This document shows, piece after piece, positions 45,333 to 54,092 of a DNA stretch of 64,000 nucleotides (position 1 is its first letter; every line of letters begins with the position of its first letter). This DNA comes from Candidatus Limnocylindrales bacterium (GTDB lineage: Bacteria; Chloroflexota; Limnocylindria; Limnocylindrales; CSP1-4): contig DASUFO010000059.1 in the NCBI GenBank assembly GCA_036274475.1, forward strand, positions 1,151 through 65,150, in the 5' to 3' direction. Below the pieces are notes generated by a model. It made no database searches. It had not been told where the DNA came from and saw nothing but the letters and a program-made list of their open reading frames with translations. Made by a program: the position numbers and the translations under genes.

Positions 45333-45414
45333 GTCGGCACGCACGATAGCATGGGGGGATGTTCGGTCGGCTTCCTCCCGGGCCTCAGGGCGAGACGCCT
45401 CGGCGCGGGTGCCT

Positions 45415-46737
45415 GTGACGTCCGCCACACACGAGGACGCTCCCGACCGACCCGCCGACGGCCTGCCCGGGCTCCTCGACGAGCTGCGCTGGCGGGGCCT
45501 CTTCCACGACGCGACGCCGGGCCTCGCGGGACGCCTCGCGACCGGCCGCCAGATCGCCGCCTACAACGGCTTCGACCCGTCAGGCGCTTCGCTCCACGTC
45601 GGTCATCTCGTACCCATCACGGCGCTCGTCCACCTCCAGCGGCGGGGCGGGCGACCGGTCGTGCTGGTCGGCGGCGGGACGGGGATGATCGGCGATCCGT
45701 CCGGGACGTCCGCCGAACGCAACCTGCTCGATCGCGAGACGCTCGAACGCAACCTCGCCGGCATCCGTTCGCAGCTCGAGCGGTTCCTCTCGTTCGAAGG
45801 GCCGAACGCGGCGGTCATGGTGAACAACCTCGACTGGCTCTCGGAGTTCTCGCTGATCGACTTCCTCCGCGACGTCGGGAAGCACTTCACGATCCCGTAC
45901 ATGCTCTCGAAGGACTCGGTCCAGTCGCGTCTGGGCGGCGGGCTGTCGTTCACGGAGTTCAGCTACATGCTCCTGCAGGCCGCCGACTTCCGGCACCTGT
46001 ACCGGACGCTCGGCGTTGAGCTCCAGATGGGCGGCGCCGACCAGTGGGGCAACATCACGGCCGGGCTCGAGCTGATCCGCAAGACCGAGGGCGGCGTGGA
46101 GGGCGGCGACGACCTGGCCCACGCGCTCGCGTTCACGCTGCTCCTCGACCCGAGCGGGGCGAAGTTCGGCAAGACCGCGGCCGGCACATCGGTCTGGCTC
46201 GATGCGGAGCGGACGACGCCCTACGCGTTCTACCAGTACTGGCTCGGTCAGCCCGACGACAAGGTCGGCCAGCTGCTGCGATTCTTCACGCTGCTCGACC
46301 AGCCGGCGATCCTCGCGCTCGAGACCGAACAGGCGCGATCGCCCGAGGCGCGGCCGGCGCAGCGGGCGTTGGCGCTCGAAGTCACGACGCGGGTGCATGG
46401 CCTCGACGTCGCGCTCGAAGCGGAGCGGCGGTCGCGGGAGGTGTTCTCGGGCGGGCTGCTCAGCCTGGATTCGGCGGCGTTCGCCGAGGCGATCCAGGGA
46501 CTGCCCTACATCGAGTTCGAGCCGGGCGCGCGCGTGACCGTCGCAGCGGCGGCCGTCTCCACCGGGATCGTCAAGTCCAACGGCGAGGCCCGGCGCTTGA
46601 TCGAGCAGGGCGGCCTCTACGTCAACGACGCCCGAGTGGGATCCTTCGACGAAGCGCTGCCGGAGCCGGTCCACGGGCGGTACTGGGTCATCCGGACGGG
46701 CAAGAAGAACGTGAACGTCCTCGGACCGCGGAGGTAA
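45415..46737 (+). CDS. tyrS: tyrosine--tRNA ligase
   Basis: GFDPSGASLHVGHL (HIGH), GGTGMIGDPSG, AKFGKTAAG (KMSKS) and a C-terminal S4 domain. The start is probably the GTG at 45415; upstream codons have no homology pattern. Confidence 0.9.
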   Translation: MTSATHEDAPDRPADGLPGLLDELRWRGLFHDATPGLAGRLATGRQIAAYNGFDPSGASLHVGHLVPITALVHLQRRGGRPVVLVGGGTGMIGDPSGTSAERNLLDRETLERNLAGIRSQLERFLSFEGPNAAVMVNNLDWLSEFSLIDFLRDVGKHFTIPYMLSKDSVQSRLGGGLSFTEFSYMLLQAADFRHLYRTLGVELQMGGADQWGNITAGLELIRKTEGGVEGGDDLAHALAFTLLLDPSGAKFGKTAAGTSVWLDAERTTPYAFYQYWLGQPDDKVGQLLRFFTLLDQPAILALETEQARSPEARPAQRALALEVTTRVHGLDVALEAERRSREVFSGGLLSLDSAAFAEAIQGLPYIEFEPGARVTVAAAAVSTGIVKSNGEARRLIEQGGLYVNDARVGSFDEALPEPVHGRYWVIRTGKKNVNVLGPRR

Positions 46738-46740
46738 CGC

Positions 46741-47382
46741 TCAGCGGCGGCGTTCGCGCAGGACGTCGAGGACTTCGGACGGGTCGAGTCCGCGTTCCGC
46801 GACCAGAACGAGCGAGTGGTACAGCAGGTCCGCCATCTCGTTCGCGAGGGCGGCTCGTGCTTCGGCCGTGGCGTCGTTCGCGTGGTCCTTCGCCGCGATC
46901 AGAACCTCGGTCGCCTCTTCGCTGACCTTGCGGGCCGTCGCGTCGACCCCTTCGTTCAGGAGGCGGGCGGTATAGGAGCCTTCCGGTCGTGTCGCCGCCC
47001 GGCCTGCGATCGTTGCCCACAGGTCGTCGAGGGAGGCGAATCCCCGGTGGCCCGGCGCTGTCGCAGCGGCCTCGTCGTCGAAGCAGCTTCGGGTGCCGCG
47101 ATGGCACGTCGGGCCGGCCGGGTCCGCGGTCACGAGCAGCGCATCCGCGTCGCAATCGGTCGTGATGTCGACGAGGCGGAGCACGTTGCCGCTCGTTTCG
47201 CCCTTGCGCCAGAGGGCGTCGCGGGAGCGGGAGTGGAAGTGGACGTCGCCAGTTGTGAGCGTCGCGTCGAACGCCTCACGGTCCATCCAGGCGAGCATCA
47301 GCACGTCGCCGGTCGACGCGTCGCGGACGACCGCCGGGGCGAGGCCGTTGTCACCGAACGTGACGTCGTCGGCGTCGATCAC
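46741..47382 (-). CDS. hisIE: bifunctional phosphoribosyl-AMP cyclohydrolase / phosphoribosyl-ATP diphosphatase
   Basis: [11 protein letters not shown]...[19 protein letters not shown]...DCDADALL (HisI) is followed by SYTARLL...KVSEEATEV...EMADLLYH (HisE). Confidence 0.9.
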   Translation of the reverse strand: MIDADDVTFGDNGLAPAVVRDASTGDVLMLAWMDREAFDATLTTGDVHFHSRSRDALWRKGETSGNVLRLVDITTDCDADALLVTADPAGPTCHRGTRSCFDDEAAATAPGHRGFASLDDLWATIAGRAATRPEGSYTARLLNEGVDATARKVSEEATEVLIAAKDHANDATAEARAALANEMADLLYHSLVLVAERGLDPSEVLDVLRERRR

Positions 47383-48146
47383 GCCGCTGCCGCCCGAACG
47401 GACAGCCCGGCGGCCGCCATCGCGGCCTTGACGTCCGCGATCGAATGCTGCCGGCGGTGGAAGATCGAAGCGGCGAGCACGGCGTCCGCGCCGCCATCGA
47501 CGACGGCGGCGACGAAGTCCTGCGGGCCGGCCGCCCCACCGGAGGCGATGACCGGGACCGAGACCCGCGACGTGATCGCCCGCAGCAGCGCGGTGTCGTA
47601 GCCGGACTGCGTGCCGTCACGGTCGATCGAGGTGACGAGCAGCTCGCCCGCACCGATCGTGGCGACTCGCCGGGCCCATTCGATCGCATCGAGCTCGGTC
47701 GGCTCGCGGCCGCCGTTCACGAGCACCTCCCAGCGGCCGTCGCTCGTCGCCCGCGCGTCGATCGCGACGACGACGGCCTGGCTGCCGAACTTGCGGGCGC
47801 ACGCGCTGACGAGGTCCGGGTCAGCGACCGCCGCCGTGTTGAGCGCGACCTTGTCCGCGCCTGCCCGGAGCACGTTGCGCATGTCGCCGACCGTCCGCAC
47901 GCCGCCGCCGACGGTGAGCGGGATGAACGCCCGGCGCGCCGTGCGCTCGACGACGTCGAGCAGCGTCGGGCGGCCCTCGGGCGCGGCCGTGATGTCGAGG
48001 AAGACCAGCTCGTCGGCGCCTTCTCGGGCGTATCGCTCGGCCAGCTGGGGTGGATCGCCCTCGTCGACGAGATCGACGAACCGCGTGCCTTTGACGACGC
48101 GGCCGTTCGCCACGTCGAGGCACGGAATGACGCGGGTCCGGAGCAT
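47379..48146 (-). CDS. hisF: imidazole glycerol phosphate synthase cyclase subunit
   Basis: [28 protein letters not shown] and GADKV.LNTAAV are canonical HisF. Confidence 0.95.
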   Translation of the reverse strand: MLRTRVIPCLDVANGRVVKGTRFVDLVDEGDPPQLAERYAREGADELVFLDITAAPEGRPTLLDVVERTARRAFIPLTVGGGVRTVGDMRNVLRAGADKVALNTAAVADPDLVSACARKFGSQAVVVAIDARATSDGRWEVLVNGGREPTELDAIEWARRVATIGAGELLVTSIDRDGTQSGYDTALLRAITSRVSVPVIASGGAAGPQDFVAAVVDGGADAVLAASIFHRRQHSIADVKAAMAAAGLSVRAAAA

Positions 48147-48811
48147 CAGGCCGGGACCGCCGTTTGCTCGGCGACGAGGAGCCCCACGAAGCTCGCGAGG
48201 AGCCGGAGGCCGTTGTCGCCGCTCCGCTCGGGGTGGAACTGGACCCCGAGCAACCGGCCCCGGGCGATCGCCGAGACGAACGTGCCGCCGTGGGTCGTCT
48301 CCGCGAGGATCTGCTCCTCGGGTGAGCCGTCGCCGTCGAAGGCACCGGCGTAGGAATGCACGAAGTACATGTCGGGCGCGTCGCCGAGGCCGTCGAACGC
48401 GGGATGGGGACGCCGCCGCTCCACCTGATTCCAGCCGATGTGCGGGATCGTTGGCGCGCCCTCGAGGCGGCGCGTCCGCCCGCGCAGCACGCCGAACGTC
48501 TCCGCGCCGTCTTCGTCGCTGCCCTCGAACAGCAGCTGGAGCCCGAGGCAGATTCCGAGGAACGGCCGGTCCGCCTCGATCCAGCGCAGGATCGGCTCGA
48601 CGAGTCCGGCGACTCGCAGACGCTCCATGGCCGGCCCGGCTGCCCCGACGCCGGGGACGACGAGCGCATCGGCACCGTCGAGGTCATGCGGCGTCGTCGC
48701 CCGCGTCACGACGGCACCGACGCTCGTGAAGGCCTGGGCGATGCTCACGAGGTTGCCCGCGTCGTAGTCGACGACGGCGATCCGCGGCCCGCTCGGGTCG
48801 GCGCCGCTCAA
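48146..48811 (-). CDS. hisH: imidazole glycerol phosphate synthase glutamine amidotransferase subunit
   Basis: [16 protein letters not shown], the nucleophile motif GICLGLQLL and HSY are present. It shares 1 nt with the hisF start. Confidence 0.95.
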   Translation of the reverse strand: MSGADPSGPRIAVVDYDAGNLVSIAQAFTSVGAVVTRATTPHDLDGADALVVPGVGAAGPAMERLRVAGLVEPILRWIEADRPFLGICLGLQLLFEGSDEDGAETFGVLRGRTRRLEGAPTIPHIGWNQVERRRPHPAFDGLGDAPDMYFVHSYAGAFDGDGSPEEQILAETTHGGTFVSAIARGRLLGVQFHPERSGDNGLRLLASFVGLLVAEQTAVPA

Positions 48812-49434
48812 CCGAGCGAGCCCTTCGTCGACGCCACGCCCCGGCGACGCGGATCCGGTTCGCAGGCGGCGCGGAGCGCCCGGCCGAGCGCCTTGAACGC
48901 GGCCTCGGCAAGGTGATGGTCGTTGCGGCCGTTGCCCCGGACATGGATCGTGGCCCCGGCACTCCGGGCGAAGGCCTCGATCGCATGCTCCACGAGCTGG
49001 AGTGGCAGCTCACCGACGCGCTCGCCGCGGAACGGCAGATCCACGACCGCGTACGGTCGGCCACCGATGTCGACGACGGCCGCCGCGAGCGATTCGTCCA
49101 TCGGCACGGTCGCGTCGCCGAAGCGAACGATGCCGGCTCGATCGCCGAGCGCCTCGCCGAACGCGGCGCCCACGACGAGCGCGACGTCCTCGACCGTGTG
49201 GTGCTCGTCGACGTCAAGGTCGCCGCGGGCGCGCACCTCGAGGTCGAACAGCCCGTGGTGGGCGAACGACGACAGCAGATGGTCGTAGAAGCCGACGCCT
49301 GTCTCGATGGTTGCGGCGCCGTCGCCGTCGATGTCGAGCGTGACGCTGACGTTGGTCTCGCGCGTCCGTCGCTCGAGCGTGACGCGTCGGTCGGCGCGCG
49401 ACGCGACGTCCACGGTTCCAAGCGGCGTCGTCAT
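48808..49434 (-). CDS. hisB: imidazoleglycerol-phosphate dehydratase
   Basis: RETNVSVTLDIDG, GVGFYDHLL, DEHHTVEDVALV and GRNDHHLAEAAFKALGRAL are present. Confidence 0.95.
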   Translation of the reverse strand: MTTPLGTVDVASRADRRVTLERRTRETNVSVTLDIDGDGAATIETGVGFYDHLLSSFAHHGLFDLEVRARGDLDVDEHHTVEDVALVVGAAFGEALGDRAGIVRFGDATVPMDESLAAAVVDIGGRPYAVVDLPFRGERVGELPLQLVEHAIEAFARSAGATIHVRGNGRNDHHLAEAAFKALGRALRAACEPDPRRRGVASTKGSLG

Positions 49435-50561
49435 CGGACGCTCCTGGCCGCGTCGATCAGGCGGTCGTTCTCGTCCCGATCCCGGACGGTGAGCCGGAGC
49501 GAGTCGGCGAGCGGATGGCCGGCGCCGAACGTCCGCGGGACGAGGCCGCGGCGCAGCATGCCCTCAGCTGCGGCGGCTGCCGCCTCGACGGTTGCGAACC
49601 GGACGAGCAGGAAGTTCGTCACCGACGGCCCGACGCGCCACCCCGCGGCGCGGAGGCCCTCACTGAGGTACTCGTGCTCGCGCTCGACCCGGGCGAGGTT
49701 CGCGCGCATCGCGGTCGGGTCGCGCAGCGCCTCGGTGACGATCGTGACGCTCGTCGTCGCGATGGAGCCAGGCGGCCGGTATGGGGCGATTCGGGCGACC
49801 GTCTCCGGTCGGGCGACCGCGAACCCGACCCGCAGCCCGGCCAGCGCATACGCCTTGCTCGCGGTCCGGACGACGATCAGGTTCGCGTACCGTTCCCGAA
49901 GTGGCAGCAGCGACGTCCCGACGAACTCCGCGTAGGCCTCGTCGAGCACGACGATCGGCGGCGCTGCGCCCGCGGCCGCAGCGTCCTCCGCGAGACCCTG
50001 GAGGAGCTGCTCGATGGCGCCGTTGGGTTCAGCGAGCCCGGTCGGGTTGTTCGGGCTGCAGAGCCACACGACCTGGCTTGCCCGCGCTGCCGCTCGCACG
50101 GCTGGCATGTCGCTGGCCCAGCGCTCGTCCTCGCCGAGACGGGGTACGGCCGCCACGCTCGCCCCGCGCTGCTCGGTGATGACGCGGTACATCGCGTAGC
50201 TCGGCGTCGGAATCACCGCGATCCCGCCCGGCGGCAGGAACGTCTTGCCCACGAGGTCGAGGATCTCGTCCGCCCCGGCGCCGACGAGGAGCTCGTCGCT
50301 TCCGACGCCGTAGGTCGCGGCCGCCGCCTCGACCAGCCGCCGGTAGTCGGACGGCGGGTACTCGGACAGTGGCGACTCGAAGCGACCCGCCGCGAGGAGC
50401 CGGCTCGCGACGTCCGGCGGCGCCGGCGACGTGTTCAGGTCGAACCGGACGATCGTCGCGACGTCCACGCCGTAGCGGGCGGCGACCTCCTCGTCGGTTG
50501 CCTCCCAGCTGTACGAGGCCGGCTGGGTCGGCAGCGTGTACGTCACGGGCGTCGGGCTCAT
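49431..50561 (-). CDS. hisC: histidinol-phosphate aminotransferase
   Basis: LNTSP, YPP, LCSPNNPTG, and RTASKAYALAGLRVGF (PLP-Lys) are present. Confidence 0.9.
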   Translation of the reverse strand: MSPTPVTYTLPTQPASYSWEATDEEVAARYGVDVATIVRFDLNTSPAPPDVASRLLAAGRFESPLSEYPPSDYRRLVEAAAATYGVGSDELLVGAGADEILDLVGKTFLPPGGIAVIPTPSYAMYRVITEQRGASVAAVPRLGEDERWASDMPAVRAAARASQVVWLCSPNNPTGLAEPNGAIEQLLQGLAEDAAAAGAAPPIVVLDEAYAEFVGTSLLPLRERYANLIVVRTASKAYALAGLRVGFAVARPETVARIAPYRPPGSIATTSVTIVTEALRDPTAMRANLARVEREHEYLSEGLRAAGWRVGPSVTNFLLVRFATVEAAAAAAEGMLRRGLVPRTFGAGHPLADSLRLTVRDRDENDRLIDAARSVR

Positions 50562-51928
50562 CGACCGTCGTCCGGCTCGCGGAATCGGACGTCGACCGCG
50601 TGACGGTGGGCGGTGAGGCCTTCGGTCGTCGCCAGCGTCCGGACCGTGTCGGCGATCGACGCGAGGCCCTCGCGATCGACCCGCTGGACCTGGCTGAACC
50701 GGCCGAACGCCTCGACCGACAGGGGACCCGACGATCGTGCGAGGCCGCCGGTCGGCAGGACGTGGTTCGCGCCGGTCGCATAGTCACCCGCGGATTCCGG
50801 GGCCCACGGTCCGACGAAGATCGAGCCCGCGTTCCGGATGCCATCGAGGGCGCTCTCCGGGTCCGCCGTCTCGATCGAAAGATGCTCGGGGGCGTAGCGG
50901 TCGACGAACCTGATCGCCGAGGCGAGGTCCGGCGCAAGCACGATCCATGCGTGGTCGCGGAGCGACTGCTCGAGGATGGCCGCTCGCTCCACGTTCCCGA
51001 GCAGCGCGCCGATCTCGCGCTCGACGTCGTCGGCGAGACCCGCGTCGGTGGTCACGAGGATCGCCGGCGAGTCGGGACCGTGCTCCGCCTGCGTCACGAG
51101 GTCGGCCGCGACGAGTGTTGCGTCGGCGGATGCGTCGGCGAGGACCATTCCCTCGGACGGCCCGGCCGGGAGGTCGATGCCGACGATCGAGGCGATCTCG
51201 AGCTTCGCTGCGGTGACCCAGGCGTTGCCCGGGCCGACGATGCGATCGACCGGGTCGAGCCGCGCGTCGGGAAGGCCGAACGCAAGCGCCCCGATCGCCT
51301 GCGCGCCGCCCGAGACGAGCAGGGCATCGACGCCGAGCAACCCCGCCGTCCCCGCGATGATGGAATCCAGGCCCCCGTCCGGACCGGCCGGCGTGGCAAC
51401 GACGATCTCCTCGACGCCCGCGACCCGCGCCGGGACGACGGTCATGACCAGCGAGGAGGGGAGCGGCGCGCTGCCGCCGGGGACATAGCAGCCGACGCGG
51501 CGGAGCGGCAGCCAGCGACGGTCGATGACGACGCCGGGCGAGACCTCGACCGACGTGGACATCGGGCGTTGGGGCACGGCGAAGGTCCGGACGTTGTCGA
51601 TCGCCTGCTCGAGCGCCCGTCGGACGTCGGCGGGCAAGTTCCGTGCGGCCGCTGCAAGCTCGTCCGCGGCGATCACGAGCCGGCCGTCCGAGGGCAAGCC
51701 GCCGAACGTCGCACCGGCCTCGATCACGGCCGCGTCACCACGGAGCCGGACGTCGTCGAGGATCGCCCGGGCGGCATCACGGACGGCAGGATTCGACACG
51801 GCCGCGCGCCGGAAGAGGCCCTCGAGCGTCGAAGCAGTTGCTGGATCCGCGGCTTCGCCTCGACCGGGGAGCTCGAGGCGCCGCAGCGCGAACCTGGCGG
51901 CGGCAGCCGGCGGAACGATCGCGGTCAC
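50558..51928 (-). CDS. hisD: histidinol dehydrogenase
   Basis: The GTG at 51926-51928 overlaps the hisG stop (GTGA). GCYVPGG, GPGNAWVTAAK, QAEHGPDS and PEHL...GDYATGANHVLPT are present. Confidence 0.9.
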   Translation of the reverse strand: MTAIVPPAAAARFALRRLELPGRGEAADPATASTLEGLFRRAAVSNPAVRDAARAILDDVRLRGDAAVIEAGATFGGLPSDGRLVIAADELAAAARNLPADVRRALEQAIDNVRTFAVPQRPMSTSVEVSPGVVIDRRWLPLRRVGCYVPGGSAPLPSSLVMTVVPARVAGVEEIVVATPAGPDGGLDSIIAGTAGLLGVDALLVSGGAQAIGALAFGLPDARLDPVDRIVGPGNAWVTAAKLEIASIVGIDLPAGPSEGMVLADASADATLVAADLVTQAEHGPDSPAILVTTDAGLADDVEREIGALLGNVERAAILEQSLRDHAWIVLAPDLASAIRFVDRYAPEHLSIETADPESALDGIRNAGSIFVGPWAPESAGDYATGANHVLPTGGLARSSGPLSVEAFGRFSQVQRVDREGLASIADTVRTLATTEGLTAHRHAVDVRFREPDDGR

Positions 51929-52785
51929 GCGACGATCTTCTCGATCGGCAGCACGAGGATGCCCGACGCGCCGGCAGCCTTCAGCCGCGGCAGCAGCCCC
52001 CACACCTCGTCGGCGCCGACGACCGCGTGGATCGCGATCATCCCCTCGTGCGCGAGCGCGATGACGGACGGCGACTCGAGACCGGGCAGAAGGCTCTCGA
52101 GCTCGGCAAGGTGCGATGACGGCGCGTTCATCATCAGGTACTTCCGGCCGCGCGCGGCGATGACGGCGCTGATCATGGTTTCGAGTGACGCGATGTCATC
52201 GGCGCGCTGACGGTGGGCGGTAGGGTTCGCGATCAGGACCGCCTCGGAGTCGAGCACGTCGCCGATCGGTCGGAGGCCATTCATCACGAGGGTCGACCCG
52301 GTCGAGACGAGGTCGACGATCGCGTCGGCGAGTCCGAGCCGCGGGGCGACCTCGACGGCACCCGAGATCGAGACCACGTCGGCGGCAATGCCGCGCTCGG
52401 CGAAGAAGCGACGTGCCGTGTTCGGATGAGCGGTCGCGATGCGGAGTCCTGCGAGCTCCTGGATCGACCGGTACGGGGCGTCGGCGGGAACCGCGGCCGC
52501 GAGCCTGCACTGACCGTATCCAAGCGCCTGGAGGCGCGGCAGCTCGGCGCCGGTCTCGACGAGGAGATCGACACCCGTCACCCCGAGGTCGGCGACGCCG
52601 TCCCCGACGAACTCGATGACGTCGTTCGTCCTGACGAAGAGCACGTCGAGGTCGAAATTTCGGACGCGAGCGACGAGGCTCCGGTCGTGCTCGTCGAACA
52701 CGAGTCCAGCGTCGTGCAGCAGCGCGAGCGTCGGCTCGACCAGCCGGCCCTTGTTCGGGACCGCGAGGCGGAGTCGGTCCGTCAT
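51925..52785 (-). CDS. hisG: ATP phosphoribosyltransferase, long form with C-terminal regulatory domain
   Basis: LRLAVPNKGRL, DLGVTGVDLL, DLVSTGSTL and the C-terminal HisG_C domain (KYLMMNAP...). The real start is the ATG at 52783-52785. Confidence 0.95.
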   Translation of the reverse strand: MTDRLRLAVPNKGRLVEPTLALLHDAGLVFDEHDRSLVARVRNFDLDVLFVRTNDVIEFVGDGVADLGVTGVDLLVETGAELPRLQALGYGQCRLAAAVPADAPYRSIQELAGLRIATAHPNTARRFFAERGIAADVVSISGAVEVAPRLGLADAIVDLVSTGSTLVMNGLRPIGDVLDSEAVLIANPTAHRQRADDIASLETMISAVIAARGRKYLMMNAPSSHLAELESLLPGLESPSVIALAHEGMIAIHAVVGADEVWGLLPRLKAAGASGILVLPIEKIVA

Positions 52786-53111
52786 CGCTCGTTCGCGACG
52801 GGGTAGGGGATGCCGGCCTCGCGGGCGGCGTCGAGTCGCTCGAGGGCCTCGCGGTAGCCGCCTTCGCCGTGATTGAGCCACGAGGCGATCCGGGTGATGG
52901 TCGCGGTGCTGGCGCCGGTTTCCCGGCTGATCTGGGCATAGTGCATGCCGCTGTCGAGGAGCCGGACGACCGCCCAACGCTGGGACATGTCGCGGAGCTC
53001 GTTCAACGTACAGAGGTCGCGCAGGAACCGCGCGGCCTGGTCGCGGTCGTCGAGCCGCACGAAGGCATCGAGGAGCGCGTCGATGTCGGTCGATCGCCAG
53101 TCGTCAGCCAT
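52782..53111 (-). CDS. YerC/YecD-type TrpR-like DNA-binding protein
   Basis: 109 aa. FLRDLCTLNELRDMSQRWAVVRLLDSGMHYAQISRETGASTATITRIASWLNHG is the characteristic YerC/TrpR-related pattern. Its stop overlaps the hisG start (ATGA), so it is the first gene of the his operon. Confidence 0.85.
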   Translation of the reverse strand: MADDWRSTDIDALLDAFVRLDDRDQAARFLRDLCTLNELRDMSQRWAVVRLLDSGMHYAQISRETGASTATITRIASWLNHGEGGYREALERLDAAREAGIPYPVANER

Positions 53112-53139
53112 TTGTCCTCGTCGCCCAGTCCGGGCGTGG

Positions 53140-53175
53140 TAGCGTGTTAGCGTGTTAGCGTGTTAATACGCTAGC
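53140..53175. promoter_or_regulatory. operator-like array: TAGCGTGT x3 ending in the palindrome TAGCGTGTTAATACGCTA
   Basis: Tandem octamers lie at 53140-53147, 53148-53155 and 53156-53163. The inverted repeat TAGCGT-GTTAAT-ACGCTA is at 53156-53173. This is the only AT-rich patch in the 78-nt divergent yerC/hisA intergenic region. Confidence 0.6.
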
Positions 53176-53189
53176 ATGATGATGAAGCG

Positions 53190-53936
53190 ATGACAACCCC
53201 GTTCGACGTGATTCCCGCGATCGATCTGAGCGGCCGGTGCGTGGTCAGGCTCGAGCAGGGCGACTTCGAGCGCCGGACCTTGTTCAGCGACGACCCGCGA
53301 TCGGTCGCACGGGGATTCGCCGCAGCCGGAGCCCGCTGGCTCCATGTCGTCGATCTCGACGGAGCTCGGGCGGGGGCGCCGCGCCACCTGGAGACGGTCC
53401 AGGCAATCGCCTCGGCGGCCGGCGGTGACACCCGGATCGAGGCCGCCGGGGGCATCCGTTCGGCCAACGACGTCGCGGCGGTCCTCGCCGCCGGAGCGCG
53501 CCGTGTCGTGTTCGGTACCGCCGCGATCACGAACCCGGCACTCGTGCGGAGCACGATCGAGACGCATGGGCCGAATGCGGTCGCGGTCGCGGTCGACGTT
53601 CGCGATGGCGCCGCCGTCGGCGATGCCTGGAGACCGGGTGGCTGGATGCGCCCGGCGGACGACCTCATCCGAACACTGGCGGACGCCGGAGTCACCCTCT
53701 TCGAGGTCACCGCGATCGACCGCGACGGCCTGCTCGGCGGTCCGGACCTCGCGCTCCTCGAGTCGCTCGTACGCATCGGCCGGGGTGGCGTCATCGCGTC
53801 CGGCGGTATCCGTGGCCTCCACGACGTCCGAGCCACCCGGAACGTCGGCTGCGTCGGCGCGATCGTCGGACGTGCGATCTACGACGGAACCTTCGACCTC
53901 GCCCCGGCGATCGCCGCGCTCGAGGAGTCGACCTGA
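53190..53936 (+). CDS. hisA: 1-(5-phosphoribosyl)-5-[(5-phosphoribosylamino)methylideneamino]imidazole-4-carboxamide isomerase (HisA, possibly PriA-type)
   Basis: VIPAIDL..G.VVRL.QGD, HVVDLDGA, GGGIRS and ASGGI...D are present. It is transcribed divergently from the rest of the his operon. Confidence 0.9.
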   Translation: MTTPFDVIPAIDLSGRCVVRLEQGDFERRTLFSDDPRSVARGFAAAGARWLHVVDLDGARAGAPRHLETVQAIASAAGGDTRIEAAGGIRSANDVAAVLAAGARRVVFGTAAITNPALVRSTIETHGPNAVAVAVDVRDGAAVGDAWRPGGWMRPADDLIRTLADAGVTLFEVTAIDRDGLLGGPDLALLESLVRIGRGGVIASGGIRGLHDVRATRNVGCVGAIVGRAIYDGTFDLAPAIAALEEST

Positions 53937-54092
53937 CGAGGTTCGAGCCCTCGTCGACACGACGACCGCGAACTGTCCCGGTCAGCGATCCATCAGACCA
54001 ACACGCACGTCAGCGGCCGCCCCATCGCACCTGATGTCGAGCGTCCCCCCGTCGATCGTTGGGTGCCCGCCCGATGTTGCCGGGAGCCGAGG

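Noticed and set aside
45333-45414. A possible T-box or other leader upstream of tyrS.
   Set aside because: Only 82 nt are available, and they contain none of the T-box hallmarks.
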